A stretch of DNA of 63,317 nucleotides, the filler included, from Guillardia theta CCMP2712 (lineage: Eukaryota; Protista; Cryptophyta): NCBI RefSeq assembly GCF_000315625.1. It is 5 parts of 5 records of this genome, joined end to end, with 100 filler letters (N's around TTAATTAATTAA, not from the genome) between each part and the next. Parts side by side here need not be neighbours in the genome. Positions count along the whole stretch, not along the records: positions 25,467 to 30,566 come from NW_005434184.1; positions 30,667 to 61,729 come from NW_005434567.1; 3 more parts are not named here. One strand, written 5' to 3'. Numbering within the stretch: the stretch's first letter is position 1; the number at the start of each line of letters is the position of its first letter. This document shows, piece by piece, positions 25,367 to 35,450 of the stretch. A model generated the notes under the pieces. That model was not told where the DNA came from and did not search any database. It saw only the letters and a program-made list of their open reading frames with translations. The position numbers and the translations under genes are program-made.

Positions 25367-26127
25367 NNNNNNNNNNNNNNNNNNNNNNNNNNNNNNNNNN
25401 NNNNNNNNNNTTAATTAATTAANNNNNNNNNNNNNNNNNNNNNNNNNNNNNNNNNNNNNNNNNNNNGACATACGGCATTCCCAGGGCGCAGCTGAGAGGC
25501 GCTGCGCTCTTTACTCAAAGTTAAGTTAAATATTTGGGTATGAGAATGAGGCGACAAGTACCGTTGTACGGTACTGTTGTAGTACCATGCTCTGACTACA
25601 GTAGTACAGAAGTATCGTACGCAGACTGAGTGACCAGACCAGGCCCGTCACGGACTCTTCACTTCCTGCACAGATAAAAGCTGAGCTTGGAGGATCAAAG
25701 AGCATCTCCATCCGACTCCATGTTGAGATCCTCCAAGCTCAGCATCTCTGACATACGTGTACTCGCCGCGATTGTCGCCTGTGCAGTCATGCTCAAGAAT
25801 GAGGTCTTCTGTCGTCCTGTTGGGTAACCTGCTTGGGCTGCTGGTTCTCACCACCTCGATCTTGTACCCTACTGGAATGGTGTAGGGTAGCATGGATGGA
25901 GGCCTGGAGGTATCCACTATCCCGACATCCATGAATGGCTGCTCCCAGTCGCACCCCATGAGGTATGAACGAGCTTCTCGGATATCATTTCCTTCCTCCC
26001 CCTCTACCTTGCACATGGCTGTGCTTGATCCGATCCCCTTGCAGTCATTCAACCTCAGCCCCGCCGTTGGGTTGGAAGGCGCAACAGGAGCAATCATGCC
26101 GGGCCTTCTTCTCCCGTCGGGTCAAGA

Positions 26128-26827
26128 TCATGCATCTCGTCTCCTGATCCTTACGACGTCAGGGCTAGAGACCCAGCAGTGTGTTGAGCTTCTTCTATCA
26201 ATCGTGAAACATACACTCTTATCATGCGCGGTACTGGCGTCGCAGTCCATGTACCATGACAACCACTCTTGGTCCTCCCCCAGCTCGTTCACGCTAGCCA
26301 GCCATCCGTCATCCCTCTCTGCTACAGGCGCAGGAGGTCCTCCCCCAGCTCGTTCACGTCTCGGCTCGGTCTCGGTGAGGTCATGGGTACTTTCAGTAGT
26401 AGTCGTCTCGTCCGGCACGGGGGGAGACGGTACTGCAGCCTCCATGACCAGAGTGTTGGTAGATGAGGCTGCGGTCAGAGATGGCGCAGGGGCTCCTAGG
26501 TCATCCTCTAGGTCAGCTTCCGGCCAGCGGCGGTAGGGCCAGCGCTTGATGCCGATCTTGCGGCAGGCGGCCTTGAGGCTGGTGAGCGAGACGCCCTGGG
26601 ACACCAGGGTCAGCAGGAGGCCCTGGCGATGGGAGATGAGAAGGGTGGGGAAGGTAGCGGGGCCAAGGCGAAGAAGAACTTACCAGGCGCCTTGCGGCAG
26701 ACTCCTGGGGCAGGTGGAAGAGGGGCTCGAGCGTGGAGAGGGAGACGTGGACCTTGGCGAAGGAGGAGAAGGGGAAGGGGGAGTCGCGGGGACGTGGGGA
26801 GACCAGGACTAGGGAAGAGGCGGCCAT
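26128..26827 (-). CDS. RWP-RK domain transcription factor, copy 1
   Basis: Exon 1 26827-26684 and exon 2 from 26595 give VSLSTLEPLFHLPQESAARRL|GVSLTSLKAACRKIGIKRWPYRR, a canonical RWP-RK domain. Confidence 0.9.
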
Positions 26828-27138
26828 GGCGCGTGGGCGGACAGGAGGGTTCAGTGCGAGGTTCGGGTGATGGTAAAGAGCTTCATCGATGAGTCCCAGT
26901 GAAACTACTCCTCTTCGTTTAGGATGCAAAAACTCACCCCTGGGACCCGTGGTTGCTAGTGCAAGAATCCTTGAGGAGGGGGGGTAGGGTAGGGGAATAC
27001 GTGGAGGCAGGGTGAATACTTACCTTTTTCAGGATAAAACTCAGCCCCACCACCCGGCCCCTTAGTACTACGGGCCCGTGATGATATCGAGCCTCTATAG
27101 ATCTCCCGACGAAACCATTTGCTTTGATTCATACGTCA

Positions 27139-27319
27139 TGCGAAGAGGAGAGGTTTGGATGGGGTTGCAAGTGCTTGCAAGTGTTGTGCGAAGAGGAGAG
27201 GTTTGGATGGGGTTGATAGAGTCAAGGCTTGCAAGTGTTATGCGAAGAGGAGAGGTTTGGATGGGCTTCAAGACTTGCAAGTGCTTGCAAGTGCTATGTG
27301 AAGAGGAGAGGTTTGCAAG
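27139..27319. repeat. Imperfect 48-56 bp direct repeat x4 with CTTGCAAG palindromes (second copy at ~29291-29471)
   Basis: tgcgaagaggagaggtttggatggg at 27139, 27187 and 27241, degenerate at 27297. The linkers carry cttgcaag. Confidence 0.9.
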
Positions 27320-27569
27320 GGGTGGGAGGATTTGAATGACCTTGATCCCTTCGAACGGTCACTCGGGTGACTACGCCCCGGGCCGCCGGATGGGGGCCTG
27401 GCCTGTCCGGCGCCACACTAAGCCTTGCAGGCTTCGGCAGTGCGCCCCGGGCTCGCCGGCCAGTGCGACTCTGTGCCACGGTGCTGTTGAATACTTTGTT
27501 CGAGATCCGGATCAATGCATGCATTTCCTCTTCATCTCTTCGACGCAAGCAAATAGGCAAACTATACAC

Positions 27570-28385
27570 GAGCATGGTGACAAAGAATGCGGTTGGCGAA
27601 ATCGGAGGTTGGTGCAAGTATTGGGGCGTTGGATGTTGATGTCAAGAAGATGGTAATCAACGGCCTGTGTCGGGAGCTAAGGAAAGAGACGAATACCGTT
27701 GCTGCAGTGTCTGTGCAAGATGCTACAAAATGGAGCTCTCCTAGGGAGGGGGGCGGCGCAGGCGGCACCCGGAAGCAGATCAGAGAGCATCTCCATCCGA
27801 CTCCATGTTGAGATCCTCCAAGCTCAGCATCTCTGACATACGTGTACTCGCCGCGATTGTCGCCTGTGCATTCATGCTCAAGAATGAGGTCTTCTGTCGT
27901 CCTGTTGGGTAACCTGCTTGGGCTGCTGGTTCTCACCACCTCGATCTTGTACCCTACTGGAATGGTGTAGGGTAGCATGGATGGAGGCCTGGAGGTATCC
28001 ACTATCCCGACATCCATGAATGGCTGCTCCCAGTCGCACCCCATGAGGTATGAATGAGCTTCTCGGATATCATTTCCTTCCTCCCCCTCTACCTTGCACA
28101 TGGCTGTGCTTGATCCGATCCCCTTGCAGTCATTCAACCTCAGTCCTGCCGTTGGGTTGGAAGGCGCAACAGGAGCAATCATGCCGGGCCTTCTTCTCCC
28201 GTCGGGTCAAGGGCATGCATCTCGTCTCCTGATCCTTACGACGTCAGGGCTAGAGACCCAGCAGTGTGTTGAGCTTCTTCTATCAATCGTAAAACATACA
28301 CTCTTATCATGCGCTCTAGTGCAATGAGACATAAAAGTACAAACAGCTGCATGTCGTCTTGGGCCTCATCGGCCTTCAGACGGTA
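27570..28385 (+). pseudogene. Spliced gene of unknown product (gene X), truncated at the duplication junction; further copies at ~25699-26229 (partial) and ~29720-30566 (runs into gap)
   Basis: Clear + strand introns, e.g. gag|gtatga...cttgat...ccttgcag| and cgg|gtcaag...ctgat...gtcag|. Lies downstream of a promoter-type core at ~27350-27480. The reading frame is not resolved. Confidence 0.4.
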
Positions 28386-28979
28386 CTGGCGTCGCAGTCC
28401 ATGTACCATGACAACCACTCTTGGTCCTCCCCCAGCTCGTTCACGCTAGCCAGCCATCCGTCATCCCTCTCTGCTACAGGCGCAGGAGGTTGTGCCTCGG
28501 CTAGAGAGCTTCTCGGCTCGGTCTCGGTGAGGTCATGGGTACTTTCAGTAGTAGTCGTCTCGTCCGGCACGGGGGGAGACGGTACTGCAGCCTCCATGAC
28601 CAGAGTGTTGGTAGATGAGGCTGCGGTCAGAGATGGCGCAGGGGCTCCTAGGTCATCCTCTAGGTCAGCTTCCGGCCAGCGGCGGTAGGGCCAGCGCTTG
28701 ATGCCGATCTTGCGGCAGGCGGCCTTGAGGCTGGTGAGCGAGACGCCCTGGGACACCAGGGTCAGCAGGAGGCCCTGGCGATGGGAGATGAGAAGGGTGG
28801 GGAAGGTAGCGGGGCCAAGGCGAAGAAGAACTTACCAGGCGCCTTGCGGCAGACTCCTGGGGCAGGTGGAAGAGGGGCTCGAGCGTGGAGAGGGAGACGT
28901 GGACCTTGGCGAAGGAGGAGGAGGGGAAGGGGGAGTCGCGGGGACGTGGGGAGACCAGGACTAGGGAAGAGGCGGCCAT
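28376..28979 (-). CDS. RWP-RK domain transcription factor, copy 2
   Basis: Same exons as copy 1 shifted by 2152 bp (28979-28836, 28747-28376). Ends ...WYMDCDASTV*. Confidence 0.9.
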
Positions 28980-30666
28980 GGCGCGTGGGCGGACAGGAGG
29001 GTTCAGTACGAGGTTCGGGTGATGGTAAAGAGCTTCATCGATGAGTCCCAGTGAAACTACTCCTCTTCGTTTAGGATGCAAAAACTCACCCCTGGGACCC
29101 GTGGTTGCTAGTGCAAGAATCCTTGAGGAGGGGGGGTAGGGTAGGGGAATACGTGGAGGCAGGGTGAATACTTACCTTTTTCAGGATAAAACTCAGCCCC
29201 ACCACCCGGCCCCTTAGTACTACGGGCCCGTGATGATATCGAGCCTCTATAGATCTCCCGACGAAACCATTTGCTTTTATTCATACGTCATGCGAAGAGG
29301 AGAGGTTTGGATGGGGTTGCAAGTGCTTGCAAGTGTTGTGCGAAGAGGAGAGGTTTGGATGGGGTTGATAGAGTCAAGGCTTGCAAGTGTTATGCGAAGA
29401 GGAGAGGTTTGGATGGGCTTCAAGACTTGCAAGTGCTTGCAAGTGCTATGTGAAGAGGAGAGGTTTGCAAGGGGTGGGAGGATTTGAATGACCTTGATCC
29501 CTTCGAGTCACTCGGGTGACTACGCCCCGGGCCGCCGGATGGGGGCCTGGCCTGTCCGGCGCCACACTAAGCCTTGCAGGCTTCGGCAGTGCGCCCCGGG
29601 CTCGCCGGCCAGTGCGACTCTGTGCCACGGTGCTGTTGAATACTTTGTTCGAGATCCGGATCAATGCATGCATTTCCTCTTCATCTCTTCGACGCAAGCA
29701 AATAGGCAAACTATACACGAGCATGGTGACAAAGAATGCGGTTGGCGAAATCGGAGGTTGGTGCAAGTATTGGGGCGTTGGATGTTGATGTCAAGAAGAT
29801 GGTAATCAACGGCCTGTGTTGGGAGCTAAGGAAAGAGACGAATACCGTTGCTGCAGTGTCTGTGCAAGATGCTACAAAATGGAGCTCTCCTAGGGAGGGG
29901 GGCGGCGCAGGCGGCACCCGGAAGCAGATCAGAGAGCATCTCCATCCGACTCCATGTTGAGATCCTCCAAGCTCAGCATCTCTGACATACGTGTACTCGC
30001 CGCGATTGTCGCCTGTGCAGTCATGCTCAAGAATGAGGTCTTCTGTCGTCCTGTTGGGTAACCTGCTTGGGCTGCTGGTTCTCACCACCTCGATCTTGTA
30101 CCCTACTGGAATGGTGTAGGGTAGCATGGATGGAGGCCTGGAGGTATCCACTATCCCGACATCCATGAATGGCTGCTCCCAGTCGCACCCCATGAGGTAT
30201 GAATGAGCTTCTCGGATACCATTTCCTTCCTTCCCCTCTACCTTGCACATGGCTGTGCTTGATCCGATCCCCTTGCAGTCATTCAACCTCAGTCCTGCCG
30301 TTGGGTTGGAAGGCGCAACAGGAGCAATCATGCCGGGCCTTCTTCTCCCGTCGGGTCAAGGGCATGCATCTCGTCTCCTGATCCTTACGACGTCAGGGCT
30401 AGAGACCCAGCAGTGTGTTGAGCTTCTTCTATCAATCGTTGAACATACACTCTTATCACGCGCTCTAGTGCAATGAGACATAACAGTACAAACAGCTGCA
30501 TGTCGTCTTGGGCCTCATCGGCCTTCAGACGGTATCACAGTTCCCTATTCACTCGAGTGCCTGGAGNNNNNNNNNNNNNNNNNNNNNNNNNNNNNNNNNN
30601 NNNNNNNNNNTTAATTAATTAANNNNNNNNNNNNNNNNNNNNNNNNNNNNNNNNNNNNNNNNNNNN

Positions 30667-30759
<93 letters not shown>

Positions 30760-33748
30760 GAGGAGGAGGAGGAGAGAGAGTGTGGGCGCTGGAGGAGAGG
30801 AGGAGAAGAGAGATGTGTCAGGAGCAGAAAACTCAAACCAAGGGAATTACGTTGTTCAAGTATGCAAAACCAGCGTCAATACCAGCTGAATCAATCCTTG
30901 AAAAAACAAGTCAGAAACGAGAAAGTTGTTGAGATGAAGAAAAGAAGGAAGTAGATGGAAAGAGTAGGAGAGAAGGAAGGAAAATGAGTTGAGACGAAAA
31001 CAACGGAAATGTTCATCACCACCATCACCATCACCATCACCATCACCATCACCATCACCATCACCATCACCATCATTGTCATCGTCATCATATATCGTAC
31101 CGAATGCTCAGCAACAAATCACTGTAGAGAGTTGTTGCTCCAACAGCTGTGTGAACAAGTTCCTGCATGAAGATAAGGCCAAAGCAAAGATCTCCTCCTC
31201 TCTCCTCCTGCTCCTGCTCCTGCCCCTGCCCCTGCTCCTGCTCCTGCTCCTGCTCCTCTCCTATCCTGCTCCTCACCTCCATCTCTTCCTCTTCCTCTTC
31301 CTCCTCTCACCGGAGTTCGAAGGAAGCTTGCCCACAGGGTGTCCATGTAAGCATGAGTGTCACGGTTGGCAGCCTGGAACTACCATCAGAGAAACAAGGA
31401 GGGGAGGGTGGAAGGGGAAGTGAAAGAGAGAGGAAGGAGGGACGGTGAGCGGGGAATAGGAAACGAAGGACAGGCGGAAGGGAGCGGGGGTAGGAAGAGC
31501 AGAGAGAAGGGAGCGGGGGTAGGAAGAGCAGGGAGCAGGGAACAAAGAGCAGGGTTTCATTGCCACCTGGTAGTAGCAGGTGTTGACCCTTGCGTCGGCG
31601 TACTTGGAGCAGGCATAGTACTTGTGAAGCTGATTGAGATTCTTCTTCTGTATGACTAGGACGTGAGCACAGCAGAAACTGAGGAGTTGGAACAAGGATG
31701 AACGGTGAACACGGGATGAAGAACAAGGGTGAGGAGTCGGGGTCGGAGTAGGAGCAGGAAGAGGAGGAGCAGGACCAGGACCAGGAGAGGGAACAGGAGA
31801 GCGAGCAGGAGGGGTGACGAGGAGAACGATGACAAGGAGCAGGAGAAGGGGTAGGAGGAGGAGGGGTAGGAGGATGAGCAGGAGCAGCAGGAGGAGCAGG
31901 AGGAGCAGGAGGAGCAGGAGGAGCAGGAGGAGCAAGAGAAGCAGGAGGAGCAGGACGAGCAGGAGGAGAGGTGCTCTTGTGCGGGAGGGAAATTTCATTG
32001 TCACCTCGGTAACGTAGCGCACTGTCTTGCCGTAGACTTCCTTCGGGCGATCCTCCCAGGCCTTGAAGTCGTCCTTGTTCGATGCAAGTCAGAGGAGGAG
32101 GAAGAGGAGGAGGAGCAGGAGCAGGAGCCGGAGCCGGAGCAAAGGAAGAGACGGGGAAGAACGAGGACGCGATGACATATGCAGGAATGAAGACGAGAAG
32201 AATGAGGTAGAGGAAGAGGAAGAGGAAGAGGAAGAGGAAGAGGAAGAGGAAGAGGAAGAGGCAGAGGCAGAGGATGTAACGTACGTGCGAGGCATCATGC
32301 ACGAGGATAATCTCCTTGATATAATCTCTCTTGGCGACGTTGCGGATGGCGAGATGGAGGTTGATGCCGGGGTTTCTTTCCGGCAAGGTTCAAAGAGTGG
32401 GACAGAGGAGAAGAGGAGGGGAGGGGAGGGAAGAGGAGGGGAGGGGAGGGAAGGGGAGGGAAGAGGAGGGAAGGGGAGGGGAGAGGAGAGGAGGAGGGGG
32501 GGGGGAAGGGGGCGGGAAGAGCACTAGGAGAGAGGAGAGGAGAGGAGAGAGGGGGGAGAGGGAGAGGGAGATCAGGGGAAAGAGAGGAGAGGAGGAGGGG
32601 GAGAGAAGGGGCGGGGAGATAAGTGGGGACCATGGGGTGAGCAGAGCAGAGCAGATGGAGAAGAGCGAAAAGACGGACGAGAGAAAAGCAGGAAGAGAGG
32701 GAGAGCAGGGCAAAGAGAGTGAGAGAGACCTGAAAACAAACACTGCTGCTGCTTTGAAACTCTGCCCATAGGAAAAAAAATTAAAAGTGATCCGAGAGTT
32801 TAACCAGGGAATTCTGAGAACAACAGGAAGACAAACGCTAAGAGTCGAAGTGTTCCAATTCATGCAAGAACAGTCTTGGCCGAGATCAAGATGGTAAAAC
32901 AAGAGAAGATGGCAAAAGATGCCAACAGGAGACGCACTCAAGAAAACGATACGATACAAGTACAGAACGAGAAAATAAGAAACCGCAACGACAAGACAAC
33001 AATAGGAGAAACAGTACATCAATGTTTTACAACATACTCTCGTGAGCGCTCTTGTCCCCTCTCCCTCCCTCCCTCCCTCCCTCCCTCCCTCCCTCACCTT
33101 CCTCACTATCGACTGCTTCTTCAGCGCGGCCTTGGCCTGCTCTGCTGCCGAGGAGACGCCTTGGTGGTGCTGGAGCAGGTGCGCAGTGATCTGCTCGATG
33201 TCCTTGATCTGAAGAGACATGCTCTTACAACAGCAAGTCACAAGCTCTCTCTCTCAACCTCCTTCTTCAGCATCTTGTGCATACTCGTAACCAACTAGCA
33301 CAGCACAGGATCAGAGGTCTACCGGGACGGCGGTGCTCGAGTGGACCTTGGTTTGGCCCCTTCCCCTGCCTTTGGGCTCCCCCGCAAGGATCCGGTCGGA
33401 GTGATATGCGATCACCAGGGCAAAGAAGATCACGCCGAGGATGACCATGGCGTTGGCCCGCATGTTCCTGCACCGCCTGCATCAGAGACGAAGTGGACAA
33501 GGAGAGAGAGAGGGAGGGAGGGAGGGAGGGAGGGAGGGAGGGAGGGAGGGACAGAGGGAGGTAGGTAGGAAGGTAGGGAGGGAGGGACAAAGGGAGGGAG
33601 GGAGGGAGGGAGGGAGGAAGATTGGGAAGGGGGGTAGGGGGAGCTAAGGGGGAACGGGGGAGGGGACTGAGGAGACTTGCCTGACGTCATCAAGGAAGCT
33701 GTGCATAACTCCCAAGCTCGTGTTGGGAGCGACCCGTTGTTGTCTCAT
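30667..33748 (-). CDS. Type II membrane glycosyltransferase-like protein (GT64/EXTL-like), 3' end lost in the gap, start uncertain
   Basis: TM segment AMVILGVIFFALVIAY, a coiled stem, then INLHLAIRNVAKRDYIKEIILVHD, NLNQLHKYYACSKYADARVNTCYYQ, DTLWASFLRTP|ELVHTAVG and AGFAYL. The motif order resembles GT64-like proteins as I recall them; this was not searched. Confidence 0.5.
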
Positions 33749-34369
33749 CCTCAAGGGACCTGCTCGGCACCATCAGCTCCCTCCCTCCATCGCTCCTCGC
33801 TCCTCCTAGAGAATGCTTCTGGCCACCTCAACCTCCCTTGCTCGGATCGCCCAATAGGAGGAGCGCACCTCCGACATTTCTCCTCGCTACTTCGTCATCA
33901 GGGACACGGATCAACTTCAACTTTCCCTGCACACGCTCTCGCGCTACCCCATCCTGCCACCGTGCCCCTACCACCTCACCAGCAGTTCGCCATGTTCGCG
34001 CTCCGCAAGACTGATGAGATCGCTATCACTCCTAATGACTGCACTTCCTGTGCTCGTCTCTTCCTCCTCGCCCTCTAGCTCCTCCCTGTTCAACGATACC
34101 GCTGAGCGGCTCGCTCCCTTTCCTCGCCATGAAAGAGCCGTCCCCCGCCCTCGTCAGTCTTCTCCGAATGGCATGCTCTCCTTCGAGCCATCGTCGCTCT
34201 CCAACCAGGTGTCTCTCACCTATCATCATCCTCTAGGAGCATGATCTATGTTCCTCCTCCTCCTCCTCCTCCTCCTCCTCCTCCTCCTCCTCCTCCTCCT
34301 TCTCTGACCTCTACATCCCTCCCTCTCAACCCTCCCCAGCTCCCGCCGTGATGACCAGGCGACCACCCT

Positions 34370-34645
34370 CATCCCCTACCAGCCGTCCCGGGGCCCGGGC
34401 CGCGCCGGGCCGCCCGGCCGCGACCGTGACTGAGTCGGTCACCGACCGTCCGAGTCGGCAGCCTCTTGGTCCCGGCCCGGCCCGGACACTCAGTCAGCAG
34501 GTCCGGCACTGATGCTGAGCTCGTCAAGAACTTGAACCAGCGGGCAGTCCGCAGCCCCGGGGCCTGGCCGCTGCCGCCGGGGCGGCCCACTAGCGGCTCC
34601 GACTGTGATCGGATGGTACTTGAAAACTTCAGGGACTGAAAGTTA
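34370..34645. promoter_or_regulatory. GC-rich CCGG/GAGTC/AACTTGAA core element
   Basis: ccggggcccgggccgcgccgggccgcccggcc, gtgactgagtcggtcac, aacttgaa and gatcgga. Between the divergent GT-like (-) and 35.4 kb (+) genes. Confidence 0.5.
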
Positions 34646-34656
34646 ACACACGCTAC

Positions 34657-34711
34657 CGGATACCTGTGCGGATACCTGTGCGGATACCTGTGCGGATACC
34701 TGTGCGGATAC
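34657..34711. repeat. 12-bp perfect tandem repeat cggatacctgtg x4.6
   Basis: Units at 34657, 34669, 34681 and 34693, partial at 34705. Confidence 0.95.
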
Positions 34712-35450
34712 TCACCTGTCAAATCACAATGGACACCGTCGAAAGCCGCGTCCAAGGAGGTTGCAGATCATCGGATGCCTGGAAGGAAGAGGAGAAAGAA
34801 GGACTCCGAGGAATTTGGAGGAGGAGGAACTTATGAGAGAGGGAAGGAGGCTGGATGAAAGTTCAGGAGATGCCTGAAGGTCTAGCGGTCAAAGGACGAG
34901 ACTGAGGAGGTAGCCTGGCATGGAGGTGCATGCGGAGGGGTGAACGTTCTAAAGGACTATCACTCTCCTCTGCTGCCATCATTGTTGAGAGAGTTGGATA
35001 ACTGATTCCTGATGATGATTTGTCGCGTATTCGATTTTGATTGACGCCGGACGTTTCGAACAAATAGAGAACGTGCAGCTGTCGAACAAATAGAGAACGT
35101 ACAGCAGAGAACGTGCAGAATGTGCAGCAAATGATGGCTTCTTGACAAAGAGGTCCCAACGAGATGATGTAGATACATATTGTGAGAACAGTAGATGTCA
35201 ATCAGCTTGTTCTGTCAAGGATGATGATGAAAGGAGATGTACAATCTACTCTCTACGTCCTCCCCTCCCCTCTCCCCTCCTCGCCCTCTCCCCTCTCCTT
35301 CCTCGCCCGCGGTGCATCCTCTGAAATTATGACACATATCTTCCTCGCTCTTCATCCCTCTCTGCCAGTCTCTGCCAGTCTCTCCCTCTCTCCCTCTCTG
35401 TTTCCTTCCCTCGTTTCATCTTTCCCCATGCATTGAGTCAGCCAACGTCC

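Larger units (their letters stand above)
25697..30534. repeat. Tandem segmental duplication, unit ~2.15 kb, about 2.3 copies visible, near-identical
   Basis: The block agagcatctccatccgactcc... occurs at ~25699, ~27784 and ~29933. ORF offsets are 2085, 2152 and 2149 bp. The contig is bounded by gaps on both sides. Confidence 0.95.

Noticed and set aside
27016-27030. U1 snRNA 5' end (atacttacct)
   Set aside because: Nothing downstream resembles U1. It is the reverse complement of a splice-donor-like AGGTAAGTAT upstream of the RWP-RK gene.
27139-27319. CRISPR-like repeat/spacer array
   Set aside because: Only four degenerate units, linkers homologous to each other, eukaryotic context and no cas-like ORF.
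27562-28182. 206-aa minus-strand ORF (also 29711-30331 and 25648-26097)
   Set aside because: No recognisable motif, and splice signals with pyrimidine tracts point to a + strand gene. Probably an antisense shadow, though not excluded.
28143-28205. WW-like (LPLGWKAQQEQSCRAFF) and C2-like (RLHVEILQAQHL) snippets in gene X
   Set aside because: They lie in frames I could not join without stops; too short to call.
25697-30534. Transposon/Helitron or Fanzor origin of the tandem cassette
   Set aside because: No transposase, RepHel or RuvC motifs, terminal inverted repeats or target-site duplication visible.
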